Both the position numbers and the translations under genes were made by a program. Shown piece by piece: positions 18,777 through 28,383 of a stretch of 64,000 bases of DNA. The notes beneath the pieces were generated by a model. That model ran no database searches, was not told the DNA's origin, and saw only the letters and a program-made list of their open reading frames with translations. Numbering within the stretch: position 1 is the first letter of the stretch; each line of letters starts with the position of its first letter. The stretch lies in the NCBI GenBank assembly GCA_045605325.1, contig JAZUPU010000032.1, forward strand, positions 1,506-65,505. The letters are read 5' to 3'. The stretch is from Elusimicrobiaceae bacterium. Lineage in GTDB: Bacteria > Elusimicrobiota > Elusimicrobia > Elusimicrobiales > Elusimicrobiaceae.

Positions 18777-20320
18777 TATATATCACTAACTCCTTTTCTA
18801 TCCAAAGGACGATATTGCATAACTTCTATTATATGTTCTTTTTTGATATTTGGGCTGCCTTCTAAATCAGCAATAGTGCGTGCTGTTTTTAAAATTTTAT
18901 CTAAACTTCTGGCGGAAAGGCCAAGCTTTTTCATTGCAAGTTCTAAGACCTCGCCACCCCCTTCCGGTAAAGGACAATATTTTTTTATTTCCGACACTGT
19001 CATAAAAGCATTGGCAGTTGTTTTGGAATTTTTAAAACGTTCTTCTTGAATTTTGCGGGCTTTAATTACACGCTCACGAATTTGTGCGCTTGTTTCACCC
19101 TCACTTTTTGCCTGCCAATCTTTATAATTAACAGGGTTTAAATTTACTGTTAAATCAATTCTGTCAAGTAAAGGACCTGATACTTTTGACTTATATCTAC
19201 TTATTTGCACCGGTGTACAATTACATGTTTTTACCGGATGACCGTGATAACCGCAAGGGCATGGGTTCATCGCCGCAATTAAAGTAAATTTAGCCGGAAA
19301 AGTTAAAGTATCTTTTGCACGTGCAATAGTTACTTTAAATGTCTCCAAGGGTTCACGCAAAACTTCAAGGGAATTGCGGGAAAATTCCGCAAATTCATCT
19401 AAAAATAAAATACCGTTATGAGCCAAACTTGCTTCACCCGGTTTAGGATTTGCACCTCCGCCGATTAAAGCAATATTTGAAATTGTGTGATGAGGTTCCC
19501 TAAAAGGACGCTGAAAAATCTTTTTACCTTTACCTAACATCCGGCAAACTGAATATATTTGTAAAATTTCAAGCATTTCTTCTTTTGTTAAAGGAGGTAA
19601 AATACTTGAAAAGCGTTTTGCTAACATGCTTTTACCTGTACCGGGGGTTCCTATCATTAAAACATTATGCCCACCGGCAGCTGCAATTTCCAAAGCGCGT
19701 TTGGCAAGTGCTTGACCTTTTACTTCTGAAAAATCTTCTTTAAGTTCATAATTTTCAAGGAGATCTTCGGGTTTTTGCGATTTATATTCTTGATGGAATA
19801 AAATATTGCCTTCAAGTAGATCTATAACTTCTTTTAAAGAACTTGCGCCGAAATTAGGAACATCTGCAAATTCCCCTTCCTCTTTATTTGCTAAAGGAAT
19901 AACTGCCTTCTTTGTACCGGTTTTTCTTAAAGCAATAAGCATCGGTAAAACACCGGCACAAGCGTGAATTTTACCGTTTAACCCAAGTTCGCCGATAAAA
20001 ACCATTTCAGTTAATTTGTTTTGTGCGATATTGCTTAAAGCACCGCTTGCAGCTAAAATACCTAAAGCAATAGGCAAGTCAAAATGTGTGCCTGTCTTTT
20101 TTATTTCCGCGGGAACTAAATTGACGGTAATTTTTCTTAAAGGAAAATCAAAACCGCTGTTACGAATTGCTGCTTGTACACGGTCTTTTGCTTCTTTAAC
20201 TTCCTGTTCGGGAAGCCCAACAATAGTAAAAGTAGGTGAACCGCCGGCAATGTCAACTTCTACTTTGACAATAAAACCGTCTAAAGCTCTGATTGCGGAG
20301 GTTAACACACTTGAAAGCAT
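18776..20320 (-). CDS. comM: YifB/ComM-family Mg-chelatase-like AAA+ ATPase
   Basis: 514 aa. N-terminal Lon-protease-like domain, Walker A GTPGTGKS, Walker B LFLDEF, and a CPCG zinc motif. Confidence 0.9.
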   Translation of the reverse strand: MLSSVLTSAIRALDGFIVKVEVDIAGGSPTFTIVGLPEQEVKEAKDRVQAAIRNSGFDFPLRKITVNLVPAEIKKTGTHFDLPIALGILAASGALSNIAQNKLTEMVFIGELGLNGKIHACAGVLPMLIALRKTGTKKAVIPLANKEEGEFADVPNFGASSLKEVIDLLEGNILFHQEYKSQKPEDLLENYELKEDFSEVKGQALAKRALEIAAAGGHNVLMIGTPGTGKSMLAKRFSSILPPLTKEEMLEILQIYSVCRMLGKGKKIFQRPFREPHHTISNIALIGGGANPKPGEASLAHNGILFLDEFAEFSRNSLEVLREPLETFKVTIARAKDTLTFPAKFTLIAAMNPCPCGYHGHPVKTCNCTPVQISRYKSKVSGPLLDRIDLTVNLNPVNYKDWQAKSEGETSAQIRERVIKARKIQEERFKNSKTTANAFMTVSEIKKYCPLPEGGGEVLELAMKKLGLSARSLDKILKTARTIADLEGSPNIKKEHIIEVMQYRPLDRKGVSDI

Positions 20321-21426
20321 TAAATAAATTCCATTGTTATACTATCGGCAGAAGTATTTATAACCGTAAAATTCGCAACATTTTTACGCAAAATTTTAGC
20401 GGAGAATTCTTCTGCTGCAGAAACTTTTGCCTGTACTGTAAAAGTAGCGGTTGAGTTTCTGTATTTAACTAAAGCGAAATCTTCAATATCCCTTTGAGCG
20501 CGCATAATATTTTGTAGTTTTTCCAAACGCTCAATTGTATTAACATTGGATACAATAAACTTAAAAGTTGTAGCGGAATTGATAGCTTGCGTAATACTTT
20601 CTTCCATTTGCTCGGTTGCTGTTTGGCAAGCATTTGTTAACGCTTTTTGTTCAGCTAAACTTTGTACAGCATCTAACCCGCTTGCACTTTCCGATGCTTC
20701 TGCGACAGTTTGATAATTGCTTGTAGCTACTACTTTTAAATTTACTTTTGCTCTGATTGGTTTAAATGTAGTAGTTAAAGCCGCTGCACTTTCTAATGGG
20801 GACGCATCTGCTTCCGCTATAATAACGAAACGCGCTCCTTCTTTTTTGGCTTTATCTATAAAAGAAGTAAGGTCCGTCAAATTATTTTCACTTAAAACTC
20901 CACCGTCAAGCAGAGTATAAGGAAAATTCTTGAGAGCTTTGTAAACACCTTGGCGGCAATACTGTTTTAGCGAAACTTCATTATTAATTAATTCTCTTGA
21001 AGCAACTAAGATGTTCGTCTTACGGACATAAGAACTATCTTCAATTTCTTTAATTTTAGTAGCTAAATCGCTAACCAAAACCATAACGCGACCTTCCACA
21101 TAAAATTTATCACCCTTTCTATAAGAAGAGGCAACATAAGAGTTTCTAATATATTTCTTATATTCGTCTAAAATATCTGTTTTTACTCTTTCAGGATATT
21201 CTACTAAACTGTTGGAAGAAAGAAAGACCCTGGCAGCTTTTTCAACAGCAGCTTTTTCTACCAAATTAAGCCCTTCTGCCTTCATTGCAGAAACAGACCC
21301 TTCCACAAAAGGGACTTCTGTACTTGCTATAACATATTCCCCTTCACCTTTCGGTCCTATGTTAAACCTTTGACAAGCACTTAATGAAAGGCACAATACT
21401 ATTAATAAAAATAGAAGTTTCTTCAT
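20320..21426 (-). CDS. Putative lipoprotein, function unknown
   Basis: Signal peptide with lipobox LSLSAC. 368 aa with no family recognised by eye. Translationally linked between the AAA+ protein gene and comM. Confidence 0.5.
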   Translation of the reverse strand: MKKLLFLLIVLCLSLSACQRFNIGPKGEGEYVIASTEVPFVEGSVSAMKAEGLNLVEKAAVEKAARVFLSSNSLVEYPERVKTDILDEYKKYIRNSYVASSYRKGDKFYVEGRVMVLVSDLATKIKEIEDSSYVRKTNILVASRELINNEVSLKQYCRQGVYKALKNFPYTLLDGGVLSENNLTDLTSFIDKAKKEGARFVIIAEADASPLESAAALTTTFKPIRAKVNLKVVATSNYQTVAEASESASGLDAVQSLAEQKALTNACQTATEQMEESITQAINSATTFKFIVSNVNTIERLEKLQNIMRAQRDIEDFALVKYRNSTATFTVQAKVSAAEEFSAKILRKNVANFTVINTSADSITMEFI

Positions 21427-21435
21427 TATTACTCC

Positions 21436-24414
21436 TTATTTTAGAATATCACCAAGCATTTTAATGTAAGCACTCGGTTTTTTGATATCTTCAAAATTTA
21501 TAGTACCGCAACGAATCATCATAACTTCTAACATATGGGATAAAATGTCATAGAAATTATTTCTGATAGGTTCTTTGCATTCCAATAAAGAAGGACCTAA
21601 AATAATGGCGCCTTTTAAACCTTTTAAATCACAAATATTGGCTATTTTAAAAGCAGATGAAATGATATGCTCCGTTGAATAAGCAGATTTTAAAGCATAA
21701 TTAAAACCGCCTCTTATACCAAGTTCTTTTGCCGCTTCCTGAGCAGCAAAAGCAACCCAACGGAATTTATCTATTTGGGAAGTCGGGAAGAAGAAACCAA
21801 AACTCCCCCAAGTATTTTCTTTATTTTTTTCCAAAGATATTACATCAGAAAAATCTTTCTTTACTATTTCACTTTCCTGATTTTCCCCTTCTACCGCTGT
21901 CATTACTTTTAATAAATCTTCGTAAGACATTTTCTTTATTCCGCTACTTTCAATACGGCGTGATAAAACTTTTACCCTCTTAACATTTGTTGCAACTTCA
22001 CCCAAAGATTTGTTTTGTCCTGTAAAAAATTCCTGAATTTGATTATCCGTTAAATTTAAAACAGAATTGGTTACTAGTTTATTTGTTAATTTCGCAAAAT
22101 TATCTTTACCGGGAACTTTAACTTCGGCAATAGTTCCGATAGAAAATTTAAAATTAACTAATTCCTCAAACCTTTTTAAACTTTCAGGAGGATATTTTGA
22201 AGATAAAATAATCTGTTTTTTATTCTGTAAAAAATCATTTAAAACTTTTGATATATATTCCCTGTTATGTTCATTTACGGCTGTTAAATGTACATCATCA
22301 ACAATTAATACTTCAGCATTATTAAAGAATTCATCTAATTTATCTTTTTTACCTCTTTCTAATAAATATTGTACACCCCTTGAAAGGCGCACACCGTTTG
22401 TAAATAAAATTTTAGCTTGAGGTATTTTTTTAGAAATTTCATAACCCATAGCATTTAAAAAATGTGTTTTACCGGTACCGCTTTCCCCTTGCAAAAGGAA
22501 AGGATTATTTGTTGTTCCTAAATTATCTAATGTTACCATTGCCATAGCATGCGCAAAACGAATAGAAGAAATATCCATATTAGCAAAAGTATAAGTAGGA
22601 ATTAAGGGCATTTCTATCGGATAATTTTTATATTTTGTTTCTTTTGAAGGCGTAGCGACATGTAATGTATGGTCTATCTTCTCTTTATTTCCAGTAATGT
22701 TTTGATGATTATTTTGTATTTTATTAAACATATTTTGTTTTGGTGTTTGCATATTTTCCCCTTCTCCTTTTTCAACAATTTTCGCGGTTGTTCCTGCCAT
22801 CTCTTTTTTAGGTTCAACCTTTGAAAATTCCTGTTTATTTTTTGAAATTGCTCTTGACTCTTTTATACTCACTATACGAAATGATTTTTCTTTGTTCTCC
22901 TGTTTATTTTCTTTTTTTACTGCTTCTACTGCAGATACTTTTTTATTATCCGATACTGCTTCTATCCTATTTTGATTATGGAAATTATTTTCTGTTTTTG
23001 GTTTAACATTTTTAGTTTCTGTTTTAATATTGTTTTGTGTAAAAATTTGTGCCGGGGAAGTTAATTCTTCTATCCCTTGACTATTAGCAAAATTTTCCTT
23101 TTTAGGCAAAATATTACTTTGTAACGAATCAGAAGAAATGTCTTCTCTAGATAACGGTTTTTGTTCTTTTGGTAATACTGTATTTTCCAATTTATCCAAG
23201 GGGCTTGTTCCTTTGACTCTATCAGAATTTATTTTTTTATTTTTTTCTTCAGGTTGATCTGCATAAAATTCACATACGGTTTCAGCATTAAAAATATCAT
23301 CAACTTGCAATTTAGCTGTTAAAGAATTGCTTGTTAAATCTTCTTTCATTTGTTTTTTTGTTTCTTCACTTAATTCCTCAGGGTTCAAAAGACCTTTTTT
23401 AACAATAATACCGCTTCCTAAATTTTGGAAAGGGTTCTCTTTTTCTTGTACAGGTTGTTCTGCGGTATTTTGTTTTTTAGGTTCTTCAGATGTTAAATCT
23501 TGAATAAAATTTTCTTTAACTTTACTTTCTTGTCTAAGTAAAGATGAAAAATTTTGTTGTTCGTTTTGTTTTAATTCTTCCGGTTTTGCTTTTTGTTCAA
23601 TAGGTTTATTGTGTTTTATTACTGATTTTATTTTACCGAACATATTTTTCAAGAAGCCCTTATTTTCAGGTTCTACTGTAATAGAAACATCTTGTATCTC
23701 TTCAGGGGAAAAAGAAACAACAGTTTTATTTTCTTCTACGGATGTCTTGTGTTCTTGTGTAGGAATTGCAGGGGTAATTGATTCCTGTTTTAAATTTTCT
23801 TCTTGTTCCGGCTTTTTTATCTCTGAAAACGTTTGAGCTATTTTTAGAGGTTCTCCTTCAAGTGATATTTTTGTTTCACCGTCAGAAATTTTATTGTTAA
23901 CAAATAAGTTATCAAAAGAAGTATCTTCACTTTCTTTATCTATATTAAAACCTGTTTTTGCAAGAGATAACGCCGGAATACTAACCCCACTTTTTTGTTG
24001 TTCCTCGGAAAGATTAGTTTGCTCATTAACGGTATTAACGAATATATCTTCCGGGGTATAATCTTTTTTAAAATTTGTAAAGGTTTTGTTTATTTGTGGG
24101 ATATTAGTTAAGGGATTTTCCTCAACTGTAAAAGTAGATGTTTTTAAAGCATTACCGAAAGTTTGTGTTTCACCTTGAAAAGTAGATGAAAGTGTCTCTA
24201 ATCTATACCTAACTTTTTCAAGCATAGAATTGTCAGTGATACCTGATAATTCAAAAACATAATCAAAACCTTTAACTTTTACATTTATTAATTTACAAAA
24301 ACCGGAAAGACCTTGTTTTACATCTTCACAACCCTGCAGATCTGCTTTTAATAAAAGTAAAAAAATAGAATTTTTTGTTAAAGTATTTTCTCTTATCTCA
24401 TAATTATCTATCAT
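21436..24414 (-). CDS. Large protein with a DnaA-domain-III-like AAA+ module, a long E/K/Q/N-rich disordered region and an unknown C-terminal domain
   Basis: 992 aa. Residues of roughly 620-800 align with the window's own DnaA: NPFLLQGESGTGKTHFLNAMG vs [28 protein letters not shown] vs LLIDDIQ, KKQIILSSKYPP vs QKQIVLTCDKTP. No DnaA domain IV motif was seen. Confidence 0.6.
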   Translation of the reverse strand: MIDNYEIRENTLTKNSIFLLLLKADLQGCEDVKQGLSGFCKLINVKVKGFDYVFELSGITDNSMLEKVRYRLETLSSTFQGETQTFGNALKTSTFTVEENPLTNIPQINKTFTNFKKDYTPEDIFVNTVNEQTNLSEEQQKSGVSIPALSLAKTGFNIDKESEDTSFDNLFVNNKISDGETKISLEGEPLKIAQTFSEIKKPEQEENLKQESITPAIPTQEHKTSVEENKTVVSFSPEEIQDVSITVEPENKGFLKNMFGKIKSVIKHNKPIEQKAKPEELKQNEQQNFSSLLRQESKVKENFIQDLTSEEPKKQNTAEQPVQEKENPFQNLGSGIIVKKGLLNPEELSEETKKQMKEDLTSNSLTAKLQVDDIFNAETVCEFYADQPEEKNKKINSDRVKGTSPLDKLENTVLPKEQKPLSREDISSDSLQSNILPKKENFANSQGIEELTSPAQIFTQNNIKTETKNVKPKTENNFHNQNRIEAVSDNKKVSAVEAVKKENKQENKEKSFRIVSIKESRAISKNKQEFSKVEPKKEMAGTTAKIVEKGEGENMQTPKQNMFNKIQNNHQNITGNKEKIDHTLHVATPSKETKYKNYPIEMPLIPTYTFANMDISSIRFAHAMAMVTLDNLGTTNNPFLLQGESGTGKTHFLNAMGYEISKKIPQAKILFTNGVRLSRGVQYLLERGKKDKLDEFFNNAEVLIVDDVHLTAVNEHNREYISKVLNDFLQNKKQIILSSKYPPESLKRFEELVNFKFSIGTIAEVKVPGKDNFAKLTNKLVTNSVLNLTDNQIQEFFTGQNKSLGEVATNVKRVKVLSRRIESSGIKKMSYEDLLKVMTAVEGENQESEIVKKDFSDVISLEKNKENTWGSFGFFFPTSQIDKFRWVAFAAQEAAKELGIRGGFNYALKSAYSTEHIISSAFKIANICDLKGLKGAIILGPSLLECKEPIRNNFYDILSHMLEVMMIRCGTINFEDIKKPSAYIKMLGDILK

Positions 24415-24430
24415 TACATTATCCCAATTA

Positions 24431-25066
24431 TTATAATACTATTTGTACCCCCGCACTAGCCCCAAGCCGGGATGCACCTGCCTCAATCATTTTTAAAGCA
24501 TCTTCTTTAGTTCTTACACCACCGGAGGCCTTAACTTTAATACCGCTTGCCTCCTTCATAAGTTTAACATCTTCAGCTTTTGCACCGGAAGAAGAAAATC
24601 CTGTTGAGGTCTTTACAAAATCGGCACCGGCTTTTGCAGCGAGTTTACAAACGGTTTTCTTTTCTTCGTCGGTTAAATAAGATGTTTCAATGATAACTTT
24701 TAAAATTTTGCCTTCACTTGCTTTGCGAACAGCTAAAATATCTTGGTAAACATAATCTGTGTTACCTTCTTTTAAAGCACCGATATTTATAACCATATCT
24801 ACTTCCGTTGCACCTTGTTTGATAGCAAGGGCGGCTTCTTCCGCCTTAATTTGGCTTGCATTTGCCCCTAACGGAAAACCTATTACTGTACAAACCTGAA
24901 CCCCGCTATCTTTTAAAACTTCCGCACAAAGTGAAACCCAACATGGATTGACACAAACAGATGCAAAATGATATTGTTTGGCTTCCTCGCAAAGTTTTAA
25001 AATATCGGCTTTTGTTGCAATAGGTTTAAGTAAAGTATGGTCAATATAAGATGCCAAATTATTCAT
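24431..25066 (-). CDS. deoC: Deoxyribose-phosphate aldolase
   Basis: Motifs IDHTLLKP..., CVNP and FVKTSTGF (Schiff-base Lys). Start placed at [13 protein letters not shown] (25066), an 8-nt overlap with the tpiA stop. The ORF track gives 25096. Confidence 0.88.
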   Translation of the reverse strand: MNNLASYIDHTLLKPIATKADILKLCEEAKQYHFASVCVNPCWVSLCAEVLKDSGVQVCTVIGFPLGANASQIKAEEAALAIKQGATEVDMVINIGALKEGNTDYVYQDILAVRKASEGKILKVIIETSYLTDEEKKTVCKLAAKAGADFVKTSTGFSSSGAKAEDVKLMKEASGIKVKASGGVRTKEDALKMIEAGASRLGASAGVQIVL

Positions 25067-25811
25067 AATCAATAATCCTGATAAACTTTTCAGCAATCAA
25101 TGCTTGCCCACCGACTAATACACCGTCAACATTTTCTTTAGCCATAATTGAGTCCACATTTTCTGCTTTAACGCTGCCGCCGTATAAAATGCGAATATTA
25201 TTTGCAAAATCCGCACCCAAAATTTGTGTTAAAACTTTTCTTATTAAAGCATGTACTTCTTCTGCCTGTTCCGGTGTTGCGGTTTTCCCTGTACCGATAG
25301 CCCAAACCGGCTCATAAGCAATAACTAAAGTTTTTAAATCTTCGGCAGTAAAACCTTTTAGTCCTTCAACAAGTTGGGAGGTAATAACCGTTTCAATTTT
25401 ATTTGCTTCACGTTCGGCGAGTGTTTCACCGACGCAATAAATAACTTGTAAATTATGTTTTAAAGCGGCAGAAATTTTTTTATTTAAAATTTCATTTGTA
25501 TCACCGAACAAAGCGCGGCGTTCGCTGTGCCCTAAAATAACGGCAGTTGCACCGGCTTCTTTAATTTGTGAAGGAGAAACTTGGGAAGTAAAAGCACCCT
25601 TTTCTTCAAAATAACAATCTTGTGCGGCAACAATAAAACTCGTTCCTTTTAAAGCTTGTGCGACAGCGTTAATAGCAGTAAAACTCGGCGCTACCATAAT
25701 ATCGGCATTATTTTTATTTGTTGCTGTTTTCAGAGCATTAACTAAAGTTACCCCTTGCTCTATTGTATTATTCATTTTCCAATTACCTGCAATAAATGGT
25801 TTTCTTGCCAT
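25059..25811 (-). CDS. tpiA: Triosephosphate isomerase
   Basis: Motifs [15 protein letters not shown] and [11 protein letters not shown]. Start placed at MARKPF (25811), which has an AGAGG SD. The upstream extension in the ORF track is not TIM-like. Confidence 0.9.
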   Translation of the reverse strand: MARKPFIAGNWKMNNTIEQGVTLVNALKTATNKNNADIMVAPSFTAINAVAQALKGTSFIVAAQDCYFEEKGAFTSQVSPSQIKEAGATAVILGHSERRALFGDTNEILNKKISAALKHNLQVIYCVGETLAEREANKIETVITSQLVEGLKGFTAEDLKTLVIAYEPVWAIGTGKTATPEQAEEVHALIRKVLTQILGADFANNIRILYGGSVKAENVDSIMAKENVDGVLVGGQALIAEKFIRIIDYE

Positions 25812-25929
25812 AACAAATACCTCTTTATTTTTAAAATTTTTTTGTGTTTTGCGCCAATGCGCTATAATATATATTAACATTTTATACATTAATATGGCAA
25901 AAGTTTTTCAAATTTTATAAAATTTCTAT

Positions 25930-26805
25930 ATGGCAATAATACTTGAAGGCAAGACACTTGCACAACAAATAAGACACCCTTTACAAGAAAGGGCTTATAA
26001 TATTTTTAAGGAAATGGGAAGGCGCGCTTCTTTAATCGGTTTCGGTTGGAAGGGCGATGCCGCCGGCTTTTATTATCTAAATAAAGAAGTTGAAGCCGCA
26101 CGCAAAACAGGAATAGATGCTGATATTGTTTTGCTTGAAGGGAATACAACACCTAAACAATTATTTACTTTGCTTGAAGCGGTATTTCAAAAATCAAACA
26201 CTGTTGATGCCCTTTTAATTGCAAGGCCTTTACCACCGCAACTAAACAGTTTAGATATCGCTGCAAATATTAACCCAATGCAAGATATTGACGGTTCAGG
26301 GCTAATCAGTATGGGACGCTTGTTTATGTGCAAGACCTGGCAAGAAATTGAAAATTTACAAACTTTTATTCCCTGCTGCCCAAAAGCGGTTGTGCGTTTG
26401 CTTAAATATCATAAAATAAATTTAGAAGGTAAAAAAGTGGCAGTTATAGGAAGGAGCAATACCGTCGGTTCCCCTTTAGCAAAAATGCTGACGGCAAAAA
26501 ATGCAACCGTAACTTTATGCCATAGTAAAACAAAAGATTTAAAAGAAATTACTTTAAATAGTGATATTATAATTTCTGCGGCAGGCAAAATAAATTTAAT
26601 TACAAAAGATTTTGTAAAAAAAGGTACAATACTTATAGATGTGGCAACTATCGTAAACGAAGAAGGGAAATGTGTGGGTGATATGGATTTTGAAAATTTG
26701 AAGGATATTTGCCCTATTTCCCCTGTACCGGGCGGTGTCGGCCCTGTAACTTTGGCTTGCTTACTGGAAAATATTATAATTTCTGCAGAGAGGAAAATGA
26801 AATGA
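25930..26805 (+). CDS. folD: Bifunctional methylene-THF dehydrogenase/methenyl-THF cyclohydrolase FolD
   Basis: 291 aa. Motifs GRSNTVGSPLAKML and PVPGGVGPVT. Confidence 0.9.
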   Translation: MAIILEGKTLAQQIRHPLQERAYNIFKEMGRRASLIGFGWKGDAAGFYYLNKEVEAARKTGIDADIVLLEGNTTPKQLFTLLEAVFQKSNTVDALLIARPLPPQLNSLDIAANINPMQDIDGSGLISMGRLFMCKTWQEIENLQTFIPCCPKAVVRLLKYHKINLEGKKVAVIGRSNTVGSPLAKMLTAKNATVTLCHSKTKDLKEITLNSDIIISAAGKINLITKDFVKKGTILIDVATIVNEEGKCVGDMDFENLKDICPISPVPGGVGPVTLACLLENIIISAERKMK

Positions 26806-27335
26806 AACAATTTATTTCTTTAATGATTTTATTTGTAACAGTATTTTGTATTAACGGTTGTATTTCAAGTGAAGGGTACCCAACTACTTTTGAAAAACAA
26901 TACAGACAACTTGAAAGAGAAACAAAATATTATACGGAAAAAGATTTTTTTGATGCAGATAAACGCTCTGCAGACGATAAAAGAGCAATGAGTGAAGGTG
27001 ACAGGCAAGCCGCCGTCGCACAAGAAGCACAAAAGGAAAGAAGGGCAAAAACAGTTGTTGAATCTAATTATTATTTCCAAGTTTACCCGGGAAGAACGGA
27101 ATCTTATTCCTATAACGAATATAATGAAGTTTGGTCTGACGGATATCCTTTAAATGCTTATAAAGAAACACAACGGCTTTGGAATAAACCAAAACGCCAT
27201 AAACCTGAAGATTATGTCGGTGTACCCGATGACGGTATGGTCACCGAACAGGCAGTAGCCGCCGCGGAAGAAGCCGCCCGTAAAGCAGAACAAGAAGCAG
27301 CAGATGAAGCCGCAAACGCCCCTGTCTACGAATAA
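26802..27335 (+). CDS. Putative lipoprotein with a charged Ala/Glu-rich tail
   Basis: Start at MKQFISLMILFVTVFCINGC (signal + lipobox-like Cys), in ATGA overlap with the folD stop. The ORF-track start at 26709 lies inside folD. Confidence 0.5.
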   Translation: MKQFISLMILFVTVFCINGCISSEGYPTTFEKQYRQLERETKYYTEKDFFDADKRSADDKRAMSEGDRQAAVAQEAQKERRAKTVVESNYYFQVYPGRTESYSYNEYNEVWSDGYPLNAYKETQRLWNKPKRHKPEDYVGVPDDGMVTEQAVAAAEEAARKAEQEAADEAANAPVYE

Positions 27336-27352
27336 AATATTTAATTTGTTAT

Positions 27353-27388
27353 AAAAACAACCCCCAAGGAAACCGGGGGTTGTTTTTT
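27353..27388. terminator. Bidirectional rho-independent terminator between convergent genes
   Basis: Stem acaaccccc / gggggttgt with an A-run on the left and T6 on the right. Confidence 0.7.
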
Positions 27389-27409
27389 ATAACAAAATTT
27401 ATTTGGCTA

Positions 27410-27931
27410 TTAAAACGGACAAGAATAATAATTATTTACATTATTCGCATATAAAAAATTACATTTTAACAAATCAGAACAAAAACCATTTTGTGCATAT
27501 TCATAACACAGCAACTTGTTTTCCGGTAAATTGATACTAGCTTTATTTCTAATATAAAAACCTGAAAATTTATATTTACCTGTTTTACGAAGGGAAAAGA
27601 TACTACCGGATATAAGAACGACATTTTTTTCATTTGACAAGCAATCTGTTTTGTTCCAAAAAATAGAAAAATCTTCGCAACCATTCCTTTCATAACCACT
27701 TAAATTAATATCTAAATCGTCAAAATTTGTTGCAAATGTTCCGTTTGCTAAATAATATCTGTGTTGCGCTTCGTATAATGCTTTAACATTTATTAATAAT
27801 TCGCTTGCTTCTGATTTTTCTTTTGCGCGGCGATACTGCGGTAAAGCAATTGCTGCTAAAATGCCGATAATTAAAATAACTACTAATAATTCAAGCAATG
27901 TGAAACCTTGACTACTGTTTTTTATTTTCAT
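27410..27931 (-). CDS. Prepilin-type N-terminal cleavage/methylation-domain protein (type IV pilin/pseudopilin-like), paralog 1
   Basis: Motif GFTLLELLVVILIIGILAAIALPQY. 173 aa. The first roughly 85 aa are almost identical to the gene at 47894-48433. Conserved Cys pattern in the C-terminus. Confidence 0.85.
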   Translation of the reverse strand: MKIKNSSQGFTLLELLVVILIIGILAAIALPQYRRAKEKSEASELLINVKALYEAQHRYYLANGTFATNFDDLDINLSGYERNGCEDFSIFWNKTDCLSNEKNVVLISGSIFSLRKTGKYKFSGFYIRNKASINLPENKLLCYEYAQNGFCSDLLKCNFLYANNVNNYYSCPF

Positions 27932-27980
27932 TTTGTTTTCTCCAATTTAATTTATACAGCATTTTAGCGCTATATATTAT

Positions 27981-28007
27981 ATTTTAGAAAAAAAAAAAAA
28001 TAGTCAA
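27981..28007 (-). promoter_or_regulatory. Sigma70-like promoter of pilin paralog 1 with a T13 tract in the spacer (15-bp spacer)
   Basis: The minus strand reads TTGACT-a-T13-c-TAAAAT. It is homologous to the promoter at 47815-47843, which has T15. Confidence 0.55.
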
Positions 28008-28188
28008 GTGGGCTTTTTTACCGTCGTAAAAAAATGTATGTTAAAATAATTTTTTATTAATTTTTGCTTTGATATTAGTTTTTAAAACCGAAGCGAATGG
28101 AAATGTTTTCGCGCTGCGCAGCAAATTTAAGATGATTTTTTATTTTTATCTGACGACAAAAAAACAAGGCCAAACAGAATTCGTAAAA

Positions 28189-28345
28189 CCGGCAAGTATT
28201 TTTGAGGAAATTTCAATTTTTTCTTTGACGACGAGTACTAAGAAGAACGGGAGCGGAGCGACTCTCGGTACTCTAGGAAAAGAAAAATTAAAATTTACCA
28301 AAAAGACTTTGACGGCAAAGAATATTTACTGCAGATTTCCTATTT
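28189..28345 (+). repeat. MITE/REP-like palindromic repeat, family 1 (copy b)
   Basis: ccggcaagtatttttgaggaaatttcaatttttt...gacgacgagtactaagaagaacgggag...ctcggtactctagg...gaaaaattaaaatttaccaaaaagactttgacggcaaagaat. Confidence 0.7.
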
Positions 28346-28373
28346 AAAAAGGCCTTCCTTTCGGAAGACCTTT
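28346..28373 (-). terminator. Rho-independent terminator downstream of rubredoxin
   Basis: On the minus strand, aggtcttcc-gaaa-ggaaggcct (one G-U pair) followed by TTTTT. Confidence 0.6.
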
Positions 28374-28383
28374 AAATTACAAC

